From: an uncultured Gammaproteobacteria bacterium
Lineage (GTDB): Bacteria; Patescibacteriota; Microgenomatia; Levybacterales; GWA1-39-11
Length of the DNA: 45,871 nt
Assembly (NCBI GenBank): GCA_964593215.1
Contig: CAZQIA010000002.1
Location: 1-45,871, forward strand
Direction of reading: 5' to 3'
Positions 35,259-43,731 of this stretch are shown here, piece by piece. The number at the start of each line of letters is the position of its first letter. Within the stretch, counting starts at the first letter, position 1. The notes under the pieces were generated by a model. That model ran no database searches and had not been told where the DNA came from. It was given only the letters and a program-made list of their open reading frames with translations. The position numbers and the translations under genes were made by a program.

Positions 35259-35888
35259 ATGCGTCATATTTCAGAAATTTTAAAAGAAGAACGGGAAAAA
35301 AAAGGACTTACATACTCAGACATAGTCCATGCAATAAAAATAAAAAGAGACTATCTGGAGCACATTGAAAAGGGAGATTTTGAAAAACTTCCTTCAGAAT
35401 CATACGCATTAGGATTTGTAAAAAACTATGCAAAATTTTTAGGAATTCCAGAAGAGAGAGCTTCGGCTTTATTTAGACGTGAATTTGACAAAAGAAGAGA
35501 TGAGAATATTCCTAAATTTAAAAAAGCAGTTCAGATTCAGAATAGACGTTTTGCCTTTAATTCCCCCAGATTATACATAATTTTAGTGGTGGTTTTTGCA
35601 GTCTTTTTATATGTAATCTTTCAATTTAGCTTTTTATTTTTGGGACCCAAGCTTACTGTTATGGCTCCTCTTGAAAATTCCAGATTTTCTTCCAATATCA
35701 TTCAGGTGGAGGGGAAAACAGATCCCTATGCTACTGTCACGGTAAATGATGAAGAGGTATATGTTGATTTAACTGGAAGTTTTAGAAAAACATTATATAT
35801 TTATTCAGGAAATTCAAAAATTTCAATCTCTGCAAAAAATAGATATGGAAAAGAGACTAAAAAAGTTGTGAATATAAAAGTAGAGTAG
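35259..35888 (+). CDS. rodZ: RodZ-like protein (XRE-type HTH, single TM, extracytoplasmic beta domain)
   Basis: LKEEREKKGLTYSDIVHAIKIKRDYLEHIEKGDFEKLPSESYALGFVKNYAKFLGI, followed by a TM segment and an Ig-like C-terminus. Confidence 0.55.
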   Translation: MRHISEILKEEREKKGLTYSDIVHAIKIKRDYLEHIEKGDFEKLPSESYALGFVKNYAKFLGIPEERASALFRREFDKRRDENIPKFKKAVQIQNRRFAFNSPRLYIILVVVFAVFLYVIFQFSFLFLGPKLTVMAPLENSRFSSNIIQVEGKTDPYATVTVNDEEVYVDLTGSFRKTLYIYSGNSKISISAKNRYGKETKKVVNIKVE

Positions 35889-36006
35889 TGTACGTATTTG
35901 AACTAGTTAGATAGCCTTGATTTTAAAATTTTCACATGATATGTTAGGTTAACTTGTGCTTATCAGCCCTTATAAAAGTACAGTTTAGATTTTAGGCTGA
36001 GCTACT

Positions 36007-36264
36007 ATGATAGATACTGTCCAAGCTGTCCTCCTTTTTGTCATTATTCTTCTTTCGGTACTTTTTGTGGTTTTGGGTATCCAGGTCTTTTTCATTCTCA
36101 GAGAGCTACGGACTACATTAAAAAAAACAAATAAAATCTTAGATGAGGTAGATGAATTAACAGAAACTGTTTCGGAGCCCATTTCATTTATTACAGGATT
36201 TTTGTTTTCATCAAAAACATTAGGAATACTTGCAAAATTGTTTAAAAGAAAGGAAAAGGAATAG
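36007..36264 (+). CDS. DUF948-like small membrane protein
   Basis: N-terminal TM followed by the helical LRELRTTLKKTNKILDEVDELTETV. Confidence 0.5.
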   Translation: MIDTVQAVLLFVIILLSVLFVVLGIQVFFILRELRTTLKKTNKILDEVDELTETVSEPISFITGFLFSSKTLGILAKLFKRKEKE

Positions 36265-36265
36265 T

Positions 36266-36565
36266 ATGGAGAAAAAGAAAGAATCTAGATCTGGAAATGG
36301 TTTCATGTGGGGTGTTTTTATAGGTGCGGGGCTTGCCTATCTAGTTGGAACAGAAAAAGGAAGAGGGTTATTAAAAGAGCTTATGCAAGAAGGAGCAGAC
36401 TTTATAGCTGATATTTCTTCCCCTGAACCTGAAGAAAACCCCGGAGTTTACAACACATCCGAAGAATCTGCTTTATCTGATCCAGCTGAGGAAGATAAGG
36501 AGTCTCAAGAAGGTACACAATCACCCCCCAAAAAACGCTTTTTTAAAGCTAAGAAGTCTGCGTAA
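36266..36565 (+). CDS. YtxH-like protein
   Basis: GFMWGVFIGAGLAYLVGTEKGRGLLKEL. The ATG at 36266 (after aaaggaaaagga) is preferred to the overlapping upstream ATG at 36230. Confidence 0.5.
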   Translation: MEKKKESRSGNGFMWGVFIGAGLAYLVGTEKGRGLLKELMQEGADFIADISSPEPEENPGVYNTSEESALSDPAEEDKESQEGTQSPPKKRFFKAKKSA

Positions 36566-36590
36566 ATAATTGGTCTATTTGTCCAAATGT

Positions 36591-36619
36591 TTGATACAAG
36601 CATGGTTTTGTACTATAAT
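36591..36619 (+). promoter_or_regulatory. Promoter TTGATA-17-TATAAT for the yvcK-like gene
   Basis: tTTGATAcaagcatggttttgtacTATAATc. The ~60-nt leader has three small hairpins, the last overlapping the SD. Confidence 0.55.
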
Positions 36620-36685
36620 CACTAAAATGATTTCCCTTCGGGAATATCACTAACGTGATTACTCCTTCAAAATGAAGGAAAAGAT

Positions 36686-37639
36686 ATGTCTAAAAAAGTA
36701 GTCGTGATAGGCGGCGGGACAGGCGTTTTTACAGTTCTAACAGGACTTAAAAAATATCCGTATGAGTTATCAGCAATCGTGTCGATGGCTGATGATGGCG
36801 GATCCACAGGACTTTTAAGGGAAGAATTTGGAACACTTCCTCCAGGAGATATCAGGCGTGCATTGGTTGCTTTATCCAATACCGACAATAAAATTGTTTC
36901 AGATCTTTTTAATTACCGCTTTAAAGGAAAAGGTACCTTATCAGGGCATAGTTTAGGAAATTTACTCTTGACTGCTTTAGAAAAAATAACTGGAGGATTT
37001 GACACCGCAGTTCAGGAAGCAGTTAAAATACTTAACGTTCAAGGTAATGTTATTCCTGTAACTTTAAAATCTACTAAATTAGTTGCTGTTCTTGAGGATG
37101 GAAATGAAATAAGCGGGGAAACAAACATAGATATTCCCAAACACGACGGTAAAGTTCCAATAAATCATTTGTTTTTAAACCCGGAAGTTCCAGCAAATCC
37201 TGCAGCAATTCAGGCAATTAAAGAAGCTGATTTTGTGATTTTGGGTCCGGGTGATTTATACACGTCTATCCTTCCAAATTTAATAATAAAAGACATTGCA
37301 CAAGCAATTAACGAAACATCGGCAAAAGTAATTTACATAGTAAACATTATGACTAAATACGGTGAAACATATAATTTTAAAGCGCACGATTTTGTAAAGG
37401 TAATTCAGAATCATTTGGGCAAGACAGTAATAGATTACAGCATCATAAATACAGAGATGCCGACAGGTGAAATTCTTAAAAGATATGAAGAAGATAAAGA
37501 AGAACCGGTTTTGTATGATGAAAAGAATTTCAAAAATGGTGTAAAAGTTATTACCGGAGAATTTCTGAGAAAAGGAAAGTTCTTAAGGCATAATCCTCAA
37601 AAATTAGCAAAAGCTTTATCTGGAATTATAGATGGATAA
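36686..37639 (+). CDS. yvcK: YvcK/CofD-family protein (gluconeogenesis factor / UPF0052)
   Basis: VVVIGGGTGVFTVLTGLK...SMADDGGSTGLLREEFG..PPGDIRRALVALS. Confidence 0.8.
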   Translation: MSKKVVVIGGGTGVFTVLTGLKKYPYELSAIVSMADDGGSTGLLREEFGTLPPGDIRRALVALSNTDNKIVSDLFNYRFKGKGTLSGHSLGNLLLTALEKITGGFDTAVQEAVKILNVQGNVIPVTLKSTKLVAVLEDGNEISGETNIDIPKHDGKVPINHLFLNPEVPANPAAIQAIKEADFVILGPGDLYTSILPNLIIKDIAQAINETSAKVIYIVNIMTKYGETYNFKAHDFVKVIQNHLGKTVIDYSIINTEMPTGEILKRYEEDKEEPVLYDEKNFKNGVKVITGEFLRKGKFLRHNPQKLAKALSGIIDG

Positions 37640-37647
37640 GAGTGTAG

Positions 37648-37705
37648 CCCTGTGTGAAATAACACAGGGTGACAAAATGAATTTAAATATTGTATTCATT
37701 TTGTC
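37648..37705 (+). promoter_or_regulatory. Bipartite hairpin element, copy 2, between the yvcK-like stop and the nth start
   Basis: CCCTGTG-tgaaataa-CACAGGG, then t, then GACAAAATGAAT-ttaaatattgt-ATTCATTTTGTC. Confidence 0.6.
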
Positions 37706-37714
37706 AAAAATAGC

Positions 37715-38335
37715 ATGAATACAAACGACAAGGCTAAAAAAGTCGCCAATGAGTTAAAAAAACTATATCCTAACCCTAAAACCCCTCTTAATCATGGAAG
37801 TCCTTGGGAGCTCTACGTTGCGGTTGCGCTCTCCGCTCAGCAAACAGATGTTGGCGTAAACAAATTAACCCCGACTCTTTTTGCAAAGTATAAAAAAATT
37901 GAAGATTATAGAAAAGTTGCCCTTGAAGAATTTGAGAAAGATATAAAAAGCATAAATTTCTATAAAGGAAAAGCAAAAGCCATTAAAAAAGCAGCAGAAA
38001 TTGTGCTGGATCAATATAAAGGAAAACTTCCTGAAACTATGGAACAGCTTCTAGAACTCCCGTTTATAGGACGTAAAACTGCAAACGTTATTTTGCAGGA
38101 AGCGTTTGGAAAGACTGAAGGAATTGTGGTAGATACTCACGTAAAAAGGCTTTCAACTTTGTTTGGACTAACAAAAAATGCAGATCCGGTAAAGATTGAA
38201 AAAGATTTGATGGAACTTCTACCTAAAAGTTTATGGCATGATTTTGCCCTCGGATTAATCTACTACGGTCGTGAATACTGCAAGGCTTCATGCAACCACA
38301 CAGGATGTCCATTGCGAGAATACATTGAAAAATAA
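37715..38335 (+). CDS. nth: Endonuclease III (HhH-GPD) with an atypical 3-Cys C-terminus
   Basis: LPFIGRKTANVIL (HhH + catalytic Lys) and VDTHV. The C-terminus YCKASCNHTGCPLREY has only three Cys, and the protein contains no other Cys. Confidence 0.8.
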   Translation: MNTNDKAKKVANELKKLYPNPKTPLNHGSPWELYVAVALSAQQTDVGVNKLTPTLFAKYKKIEDYRKVALEEFEKDIKSINFYKGKAKAIKKAAEIVLDQYKGKLPETMEQLLELPFIGRKTANVILQEAFGKTEGIVVDTHVKRLSTLFGLTKNADPVKIEKDLMELLPKSLWHDFALGLIYYGREYCKASCNHTGCPLREYIEK

Positions 38336-38346
38336 TTATTCTTTTG

Positions 38347-38352
38347 TATAAT
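38347..38352 (+). promoter_or_regulatory. -10 box (TG)TATAAT ending 10 nt before the ATG at 38363
   Basis: ttttgTATAATactcaaacacATG, with no SD. Confidence 0.35.
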
Positions 38353-38362
38353 ACTCAAACAC

Positions 38363-39484
38363 ATGAACGACTTAGTCTCATTAATAAAACCTGCCGGGGA
38401 AGTTCCTTTTGTGAAACCTTCAGATAATTTAGGATCATCTTTGGAAAAAGTAAAAAGCAGTCATGATCCAGTCTTTGTTTTTAAAAATGGTGATCTTGAA
38501 GGGTTGTTAAGTGCTTCTCATGCACTTTTTAAAAAACGTTTTCCATTAAAAACAAAAGTGGGGAAAGTGTTGGTAAAGCCTCCTAAATTAACTTTTGAGA
38601 ATTCATTATTTGATGTTGCCAAACATATGTTGGCGCTTAATATATACACACTTCCTGTTTTTGACTCTGAGGATAAGCTAAAAGGAATTGTTTATGTTTC
38701 TGATATTATAAAGAGCTTAAAAAACGAAAAAGAACTTCTTAAAAAACTTGAGCCTCGAAAAGTCATTTTTGTTAATATGCATGATAAAGTTCGGAATGTA
38801 TATAGTTTGCTCAGAAAAGAAAAAACTTCAAGGATGATCGTTGTAGACAACAAGGGAAAGATGGTAGGAATTATCACAAGACATGATCTCCAGAAGGTTT
38901 TTACAGCCCCTCCTGGAAAAGGAAGATCTACAAGAAACAAAAACAACAGAACTTTTGTTATTGATGATAAGGATTTAAAAAAATTTGATTTTCCAGTTTC
39001 TGAGTACATGAATACAAACGTAGTTAGTCTTCCCGAACTATCAGATGGTACCTCCATAATCAATAAAATGGAGACTGAAAAAGTGAACAGTGTTGTTTTA
39101 GTAACTAAAAGAGGGAAACCAAAGGGGATAGTCTCAGTAAAGAATTTCCTGATTTTATTTGCTAATTCTCAGCCAGTGCAGAAAATAAAATTTTCGCTTA
39201 CGGATCACCATAAGGTTTTGTTAAAAGACGAAAAAGAGAAGATTAAAGAATTGGTGGAAAAATTTGCAGAAAAGATTGGAAGATCTAAACCTATAAATTC
39301 GATGGAGGCAGAAGTTTCGGCGTACTACAATAAAAAGAATAAGGTTACGGGATTTGAATTTCATTTTCATACGTTTTTTAAAAATGGTAAAAAAACGAGT
39401 GCAAAAGTTGAAGATAAGGTTCTTTGGAACGCTGTTAAAAAATCAATGGAAAAAGTACAGCATCAGTTAAAGCGTATAAGGTAA
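38363..39484 (+). CDS. Fusion protein: four CBS motifs (two Bateman modules) + C-terminal ribosome hibernation factor (RaiA/HPF, S30AE-like) domain
   Basis: CBS-like strands LEGLLSASHAL, LKGIVYVSDII, MVGIITRHDLQ and PKGIVSVKNFL. The last ~100 aa (from ~39184), IKFSLTDHHKV..KEKIKELVEKFAEKI..MEAEVSAYYNK..FEFHFHTFF..TSAKVEDKVLWNAVKKSMEKVQHQLKRIR, fit the beta-alpha-beta3-alpha HPF/YfiA pattern. Confidence 0.55.
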   Translation: MNDLVSLIKPAGEVPFVKPSDNLGSSLEKVKSSHDPVFVFKNGDLEGLLSASHALFKKRFPLKTKVGKVLVKPPKLTFENSLFDVAKHMLALNIYTLPVFDSEDKLKGIVYVSDIIKSLKNEKELLKKLEPRKVIFVNMHDKVRNVYSLLRKEKTSRMIVVDNKGKMVGIITRHDLQKVFTAPPGKGRSTRNKNNRTFVIDDKDLKKFDFPVSEYMNTNVVSLPELSDGTSIINKMETEKVNSVVLVTKRGKPKGIVSVKNFLILFANSQPVQKIKFSLTDHHKVLLKDEKEKIKELVEKFAEKIGRSKPINSMEAEVSAYYNKKNKVTGFEFHFHTFFKNGKKTSAKVEDKVLWNAVKKSMEKVQHQLKRIR

Positions 39485-39542
39485 AAGTTTTATAAAACGT
39501 ATCTATAAAAATACCTCCCTGTTTATGTAAAGATTGAATTTA

Positions 39543-39551
39543 TGGTACAAT
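39543..39551 (+). promoter_or_regulatory. Extended -10 TGgTACAAT ending 9 nt before the alaS ATG
   Basis: taTGgTACAATttgatatatATG, with no SD. Confidence 0.35.
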
Positions 39552-39560
39552 TTGATATAT

Positions 39561-41432
39561 ATGAAAGCAAAAGAAATCTTAGAAAAGTATATTTCTTTCT
39601 TTGAAAAACGCGGGCATACGCGTATAGAAAATTCGTCACTGGTTCCCCTGAACGATCCTACCACTTTATTTACATCTTCAGGAATGCAGCCCTTAGTTCC
39701 CTATCTTCTTGGAGAAAAACACCCATCCGGTACAAGATTAGTTAATGCGCAAAATTCTTTTAGAGCACAAGATATAGATGAAATTGGAGATAATCGTCAC
39801 ACTACATTTTTTAGGATGTTAGGAAACTGGTCGCTTGGAGATTATTTTAAAAATGAACAGATTCCTTGGTTTTTTGAGTTTTTAACGAAAGAACTAAAGT
39901 TGGATCCTCAAAAATTATATGTAACAGTGTTTGAAGGGTCTGAAACAATTCCTGAGGACAAAGATGCCATAGAAATTTGGAAAGAGGAGTTTATAAAAGT
40001 TGGAATTAAGGCAGAAATTGGAGAGAGAATTTTTAAATATGGAGTTTCTAAAAATTGGTGGAGTAGAGCTGGTGTTCCAGAAAACATGCCGGTGGGAGAG
40101 CCAGGCGGTCCGGATACAGAAGTATTTTATGATTTTGAAACACCGCATAAAAAAGAATTTGGTGAGAAATGTCATGTTAACTGTGATTGCGGAAGATATG
40201 TTGAGATTGGAAATTCAGTTTTTATGCAGTACATAAGAAAAGAAGACGGTTTTGAAGAACTTCCGCAAAAAAATGTAGATTTTGGAGGAGGATTAGAGCG
40301 TTTGGTTGCGGTTACTGAAGGGAAAACTGATATGTTTGAGACGTCACTTTTTGCTCCCATTGTTTCCTCAATAGAGAAAGTAACTTCTAAAAAATATGTA
40401 GACCATAAAAGAGAAATGAGAATTATTGTTGATCATATAACGGCAGCAGTTTTTATTACCTCAAACAATATTGCTCCATCTAATAAAGAGCAAGGATATA
40501 TTCTTAGGCGTTTAATTCGTCGGGCATTAGATCATCTACATGCTTTGGGAAGTCAAAATCCTGAAAATATTATTCAAGCGATTGTAGAATCTTATCAAGA
40601 TACGGATTCTCAGCTTGTAGAAAAATATGAGTATATAAAAAATACTATCTTGCAAGAAGTTGGTTCCTACAAGAAAGCTTTGGATGAAGGAAAACGAATG
40701 ATAGAAAAAGAGCTTTCCAAAGGTAAAAAGGTTGGAGATGAATTAATGGGAAGCAAAGAAATTTCAGCAGAACTTGCATTTAAAGCAATTACTTCTTTTG
40801 GATTGGGTCCCACTCAGCTTACAAGTTTAGGCTATACCTTTAATGAGCAAGAACTTGCAGAACAGATAAAGGCCCATCAGGATCTTTCAAGAAAAGGAGC
40901 AGAGCAAAAATTTAAGGGGGGACTTGCGGATCATTCTGAAAAAACGGTAATGGGACATACCGCTACTCATTTAATGCATCAAGCGCTACGTGATATGTTT
41001 GGAACAGATCTTCATCAGACAGGAAGCAATATTACATCTGAGCGCGTGAGATTTGATTTTAACTTTGATAGGAAGTTGACTCAGGAAGAACTGGAAAATC
41101 TTGAGAAAACAGTCAATAAAAAAATAAAAGATAATTTGCCCGTACATTTTGAAATGATTCCCACAGTAAAAGCTAAAGAAATGGGAGCTATTGGACTTTT
41201 TACAGATACATATGCAGAGGTTTCAAAAATTTATTTTATAGGAGGAGAAGATAGAAGTAACCCTTCGTCAAATCGATTCTCCTCAGATAGTCCTCGTACC
41301 AAAGATTGGTATTCGGTCGAATTCTGTGGTGGGCCCCATGTAAATTTTACAGGTGAGGTAAAAAAGTTTACAATAGTTAAGCAAGAATCTTTAGGACGAG
41401 GCCAACAGAGGATTTATTCCAAAGTTGGGTAA
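39561..41432 (+). CDS. alaS: Alanine--tRNA ligase, short form ending after the editing domain (no C-Ala domain)
   Basis: FTSSGMQ, HTTFFRMLGNWSLGDYFK, and editing motifs HTATHLMHQALR and CGGPHV. The ATG at 39561 is preferred to the TTG at 39534 in the ORF track. Confidence 0.85.
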   Translation: MKAKEILEKYISFFEKRGHTRIENSSLVPLNDPTTLFTSSGMQPLVPYLLGEKHPSGTRLVNAQNSFRAQDIDEIGDNRHTTFFRMLGNWSLGDYFKNEQIPWFFEFLTKELKLDPQKLYVTVFEGSETIPEDKDAIEIWKEEFIKVGIKAEIGERIFKYGVSKNWWSRAGVPENMPVGEPGGPDTEVFYDFETPHKKEFGEKCHVNCDCGRYVEIGNSVFMQYIRKEDGFEELPQKNVDFGGGLERLVAVTEGKTDMFETSLFAPIVSSIEKVTSKKYVDHKREMRIIVDHITAAVFITSNNIAPSNKEQGYILRRLIRRALDHLHALGSQNPENIIQAIVESYQDTDSQLVEKYEYIKNTILQEVGSYKKALDEGKRMIEKELSKGKKVGDELMGSKEISAELAFKAITSFGLGPTQLTSLGYTFNEQELAEQIKAHQDLSRKGAEQKFKGGLADHSEKTVMGHTATHLMHQALRDMFGTDLHQTGSNITSERVRFDFNFDRKLTQEELENLEKTVNKKIKDNLPVHFEMIPTVKAKEMGAIGLFTDTYAEVSKIYFIGGEDRSNPSSNRFSSDSPRTKDWYSVEFCGGPHVNFTGEVKKFTIVKQESLGRGQQRIYSKVG

Positions 41433-41473
41433 TCGATCCTACTTAATAAGTTGCTTGTTCAAAACTACTTCAT

Positions 41474-43723
41474 ATGAAGCTGCCGTTTCTTCAAAAAAAA
41501 CAAGACAGTAAAGAATTTTTTTTAGCCCTTATTTTGTCTTCCGGGAAGATTAGCTCTATCCTTTTTGAAAAAAATGGGGAGAGCCTGCTTATTGCCGGAT
41601 CACGTTCGGAAGAATTTGCAGAATCTTTAGAATCTATTTCATCTGAAAAACTTGTTGAACTTGCTGATATTGTAGTATCAGAGGTTGAAAAGACGGTTCC
41701 TGTTGGGTTCAACCTGGAAAAAACTATTTTTGCAGTTCCTGTTGATTGGGTTGAAGAAGGAAAAATTGTTAAGGACTATTTGTTAAAGCTTAAAAGTCTT
41801 TGTGAGTCTTTAAGTCTTACCCCCATAGGCTTTATAGTTTCTATTGAGGCAATTACTGCTTATCTGCAGAAAAAAGAAGGAGCGCCAGTTACCGCTATCT
41901 TTGCAGAATTGTCCCATAAACACGTTACAGTAAGCATTGCAAAAAATGGAGTTATACTTTCATCTAAGACAAGCGTTATTTCAGATACTGCTGTGTTAGC
42001 GGTAGAACATATTCTTTCAGAACAAGAAGATCTAGAGGTGCTTCCTTCTAAAATTATTCTTATTAACTATGAACATGCAAAAAAATCACAACAAGCTTTT
42101 CTTTCTCATAACTGGAGTAAAAGATTGCAGTTCTTGCATATTCCTCAAGTAGAGGTTTTAGATCCAGAGATTGAATCCCAATCTGTTGTGTCCGGAGTTG
42201 CCTTTGAGATGGGTTTTATGAATCTTACCTCAGTTAAGCTGCCTCCTGAGTCTTCACAAAAAGTTGTTGAGATAGCAACTGTTGAGGAATCAGAGCTACC
42301 AAAAGAAACAGATGAAGCAGAAGAAGAACACGAAGATGACAACGAAAAAAAAGAAATGTCTGAGAAAGAAGATGATAAAACTTCTGAAGAATTATTTTTT
42401 CACGGTGAGGAAGTTGGGTTTTTTAAAGGAGTTGATGTTCTTAATAGTAAAAATGAGGTAAAAGAATTAGGGGAAGAGCAAGATGAGGAGGTTTTGCACA
42501 TTGAAGGAGAAGAAGAGCGCGCATCAACCGTGTCTAAAATGAAATTACCTTCTATGCCTTCCTTAAGAATTCCGCGTGTTTCATTTGGCAATAGCTTTGG
42601 GAAGCACACCATCTTGTATCCTATTCTTGCAGTAATCCTTCTTCTTTTGGTAATTGTTGGATATTATTATTTTTTTGAGAAGGTAAGCGTTACCCTCTAT
42701 TTAGAAAAGAAAACACTTTCCAAAGATTTAGAGGTTACATTCTCTCCGGATAGCTCGACCTCCGCTTCTGATAAAACAGTCCATATAGATATTGCCTCAT
42801 CTCAGGCGGAGGGAGACAGTAGTACTGAGACAACGGGCAAGAAAGAAACAGGTGATAAAGCAAAGGGAGAGGTTGTTGTTTATAATAAAACCGAAGATCC
42901 TAAAACGTTTTCTAAGGGAGCTACAATAATAGGTCCTAATAGTTTGGAATTTAATTTGGCTGGAGATGTTCAGATAGCGTCTACTAGCTCTTTTTCAACA
43001 AGCTTTTCTTCATCAAAAGTAAAGGTTGAAGCGTCCAAGTTTGGAAAAGAATACAATCTTCCTTCTTCCTCAAATTTTCAACTTAAAGGTATATCAACTT
43101 CAGATGTTTTTGCAAAAAATGAATCCGCATTTTCAGGAGGAACAAAAAAAGAGTCTCAAGTGGTTTCAGCGGATGACATAGACTCTTTAACCTCTAAAAT
43201 TATTGATGATTTGTCTAAAAAGGCAAATGAAGGTGCGTCTAAAGACACTTCCCAAAAGATTATTTCTGTTCCAGTAGATTATACGTTTGACGAAAAGACG
43301 TTCTCTAAAAAAGAAGGCGAGGAAGCAAGCGCAGTTTCTTTATCTGCAAAAATTACCTTTAAATTTGGTTCGTATAAGATTTCTGATCTGGAAAATATAG
43401 CAAAAGAGCTTGATAAATCAGAAGTTCCTGAAGGATACCTGTATTCATCAAACAATTCAAAAATTACAGTAAGTGATATTTCAAAAGACAAAAATGGCTC
43501 CATAACTGGAAAGATCAACTTTTCATCTGTGTATCTTCCCGTGGTATCTACTTCCGATATTGTTGCAAAGCTAAATGGAAAAAATGCCTCCAAGGTTGAT
43601 GAGGTGATAAAGGTTAAGGGTGTAAATGATGATCTTGTGAACTTTACGAGGAGTCTTCCTCTTTTTCCAAAAATCTTTCCGTTCAACAAGAAAAACATTG
43701 AGGTGAACGTTTCTATCCAGTAG
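41474..43723 (+). CDS. Bitopic envelope protein: degenerate actin-like (FtsA/PilM-like) cytoplasmic domain, acidic linker, one TM, ~350-aa beta-rich extracytoplasmic domain
   Basis: N-terminal ~250 aa show an ASKHA-like alternation (IFAVPVDW...LSLTPIGFIVSIEAITAY...VTAIFAELSHKHVTVSIAKNG) but no DxG phosphate motif. The E/D-rich linker is followed by the TM ILYPILAVILLLLVIVGYYYFF. The outer domain has a GEVVVYNKTEDPKTFSKGATI motif that reminds me of proteins annotated baseplate-J-like. Confidence 0.4.
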   Translation: MKLPFLQKKQDSKEFFLALILSSGKISSILFEKNGESLLIAGSRSEEFAESLESISSEKLVELADIVVSEVEKTVPVGFNLEKTIFAVPVDWVEEGKIVKDYLLKLKSLCESLSLTPIGFIVSIEAITAYLQKKEGAPVTAIFAELSHKHVTVSIAKNGVILSSKTSVISDTAVLAVEHILSEQEDLEVLPSKIILINYEHAKKSQQAFLSHNWSKRLQFLHIPQVEVLDPEIESQSVVSGVAFEMGFMNLTSVKLPPESSQKVVEIATVEESELPKETDEAEEEHEDDNEKKEMSEKEDDKTSEELFFHGEEVGFFKGVDVLNSKNEVKELGEEQDEEVLHIEGEEERASTVSKMKLPSMPSLRIPRVSFGNSFGKHTILYPILAVILLLLVIVGYYYFFEKVSVTLYLEKKTLSKDLEVTFSPDSSTSASDKTVHIDIASSQAEGDSSTETTGKKETGDKAKGEVVVYNKTEDPKTFSKGATIIGPNSLEFNLAGDVQIASTSSFSTSFSSSKVKVEASKFGKEYNLPSSSNFQLKGISTSDVFAKNESAFSGGTKKESQVVSADDIDSLTSKIIDDLSKKANEGASKDTSQKIISVPVDYTFDEKTFSKKEGEEASAVSLSAKITFKFGSYKISDLENIAKELDKSEVPEGYLYSSNNSKITVSDISKDKNGSITGKINFSSVYLPVVSTSDIVAKLNGKNASKVDEVIKVKGVNDDLVNFTRSLPLFPKIFPFNKKNIEVNVSIQ

Positions 43724-43731
43724 ATTTTTAT

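Noticed and set aside
21412-37705. The two copies of the bipartite element read as direct repeats (att-like sites) bounding a 16-kb island.
   Set aside because: The intervening genes are core housekeeping (nusA, infB, rpsO, pnp, rnj, ftsK, rodZ-like, yvcK-like). There is no integrase or recombinase. The copies differ by compensatory changes rather than being identical duplications.
39534-39560. ORF-track alternative starts: TTG at 39534 for alaS, TTG at 31527 for the GT28-like gene, ATG at 36230 for the YtxH-like gene.
   Set aside because: The downstream ATGs (39561, 31539, 36266) fit conserved protein N-termini and have better signals (a -10 box or GAGG/AGGA SD). The upstream extensions overlap promoter or neighbouring-gene sequence.
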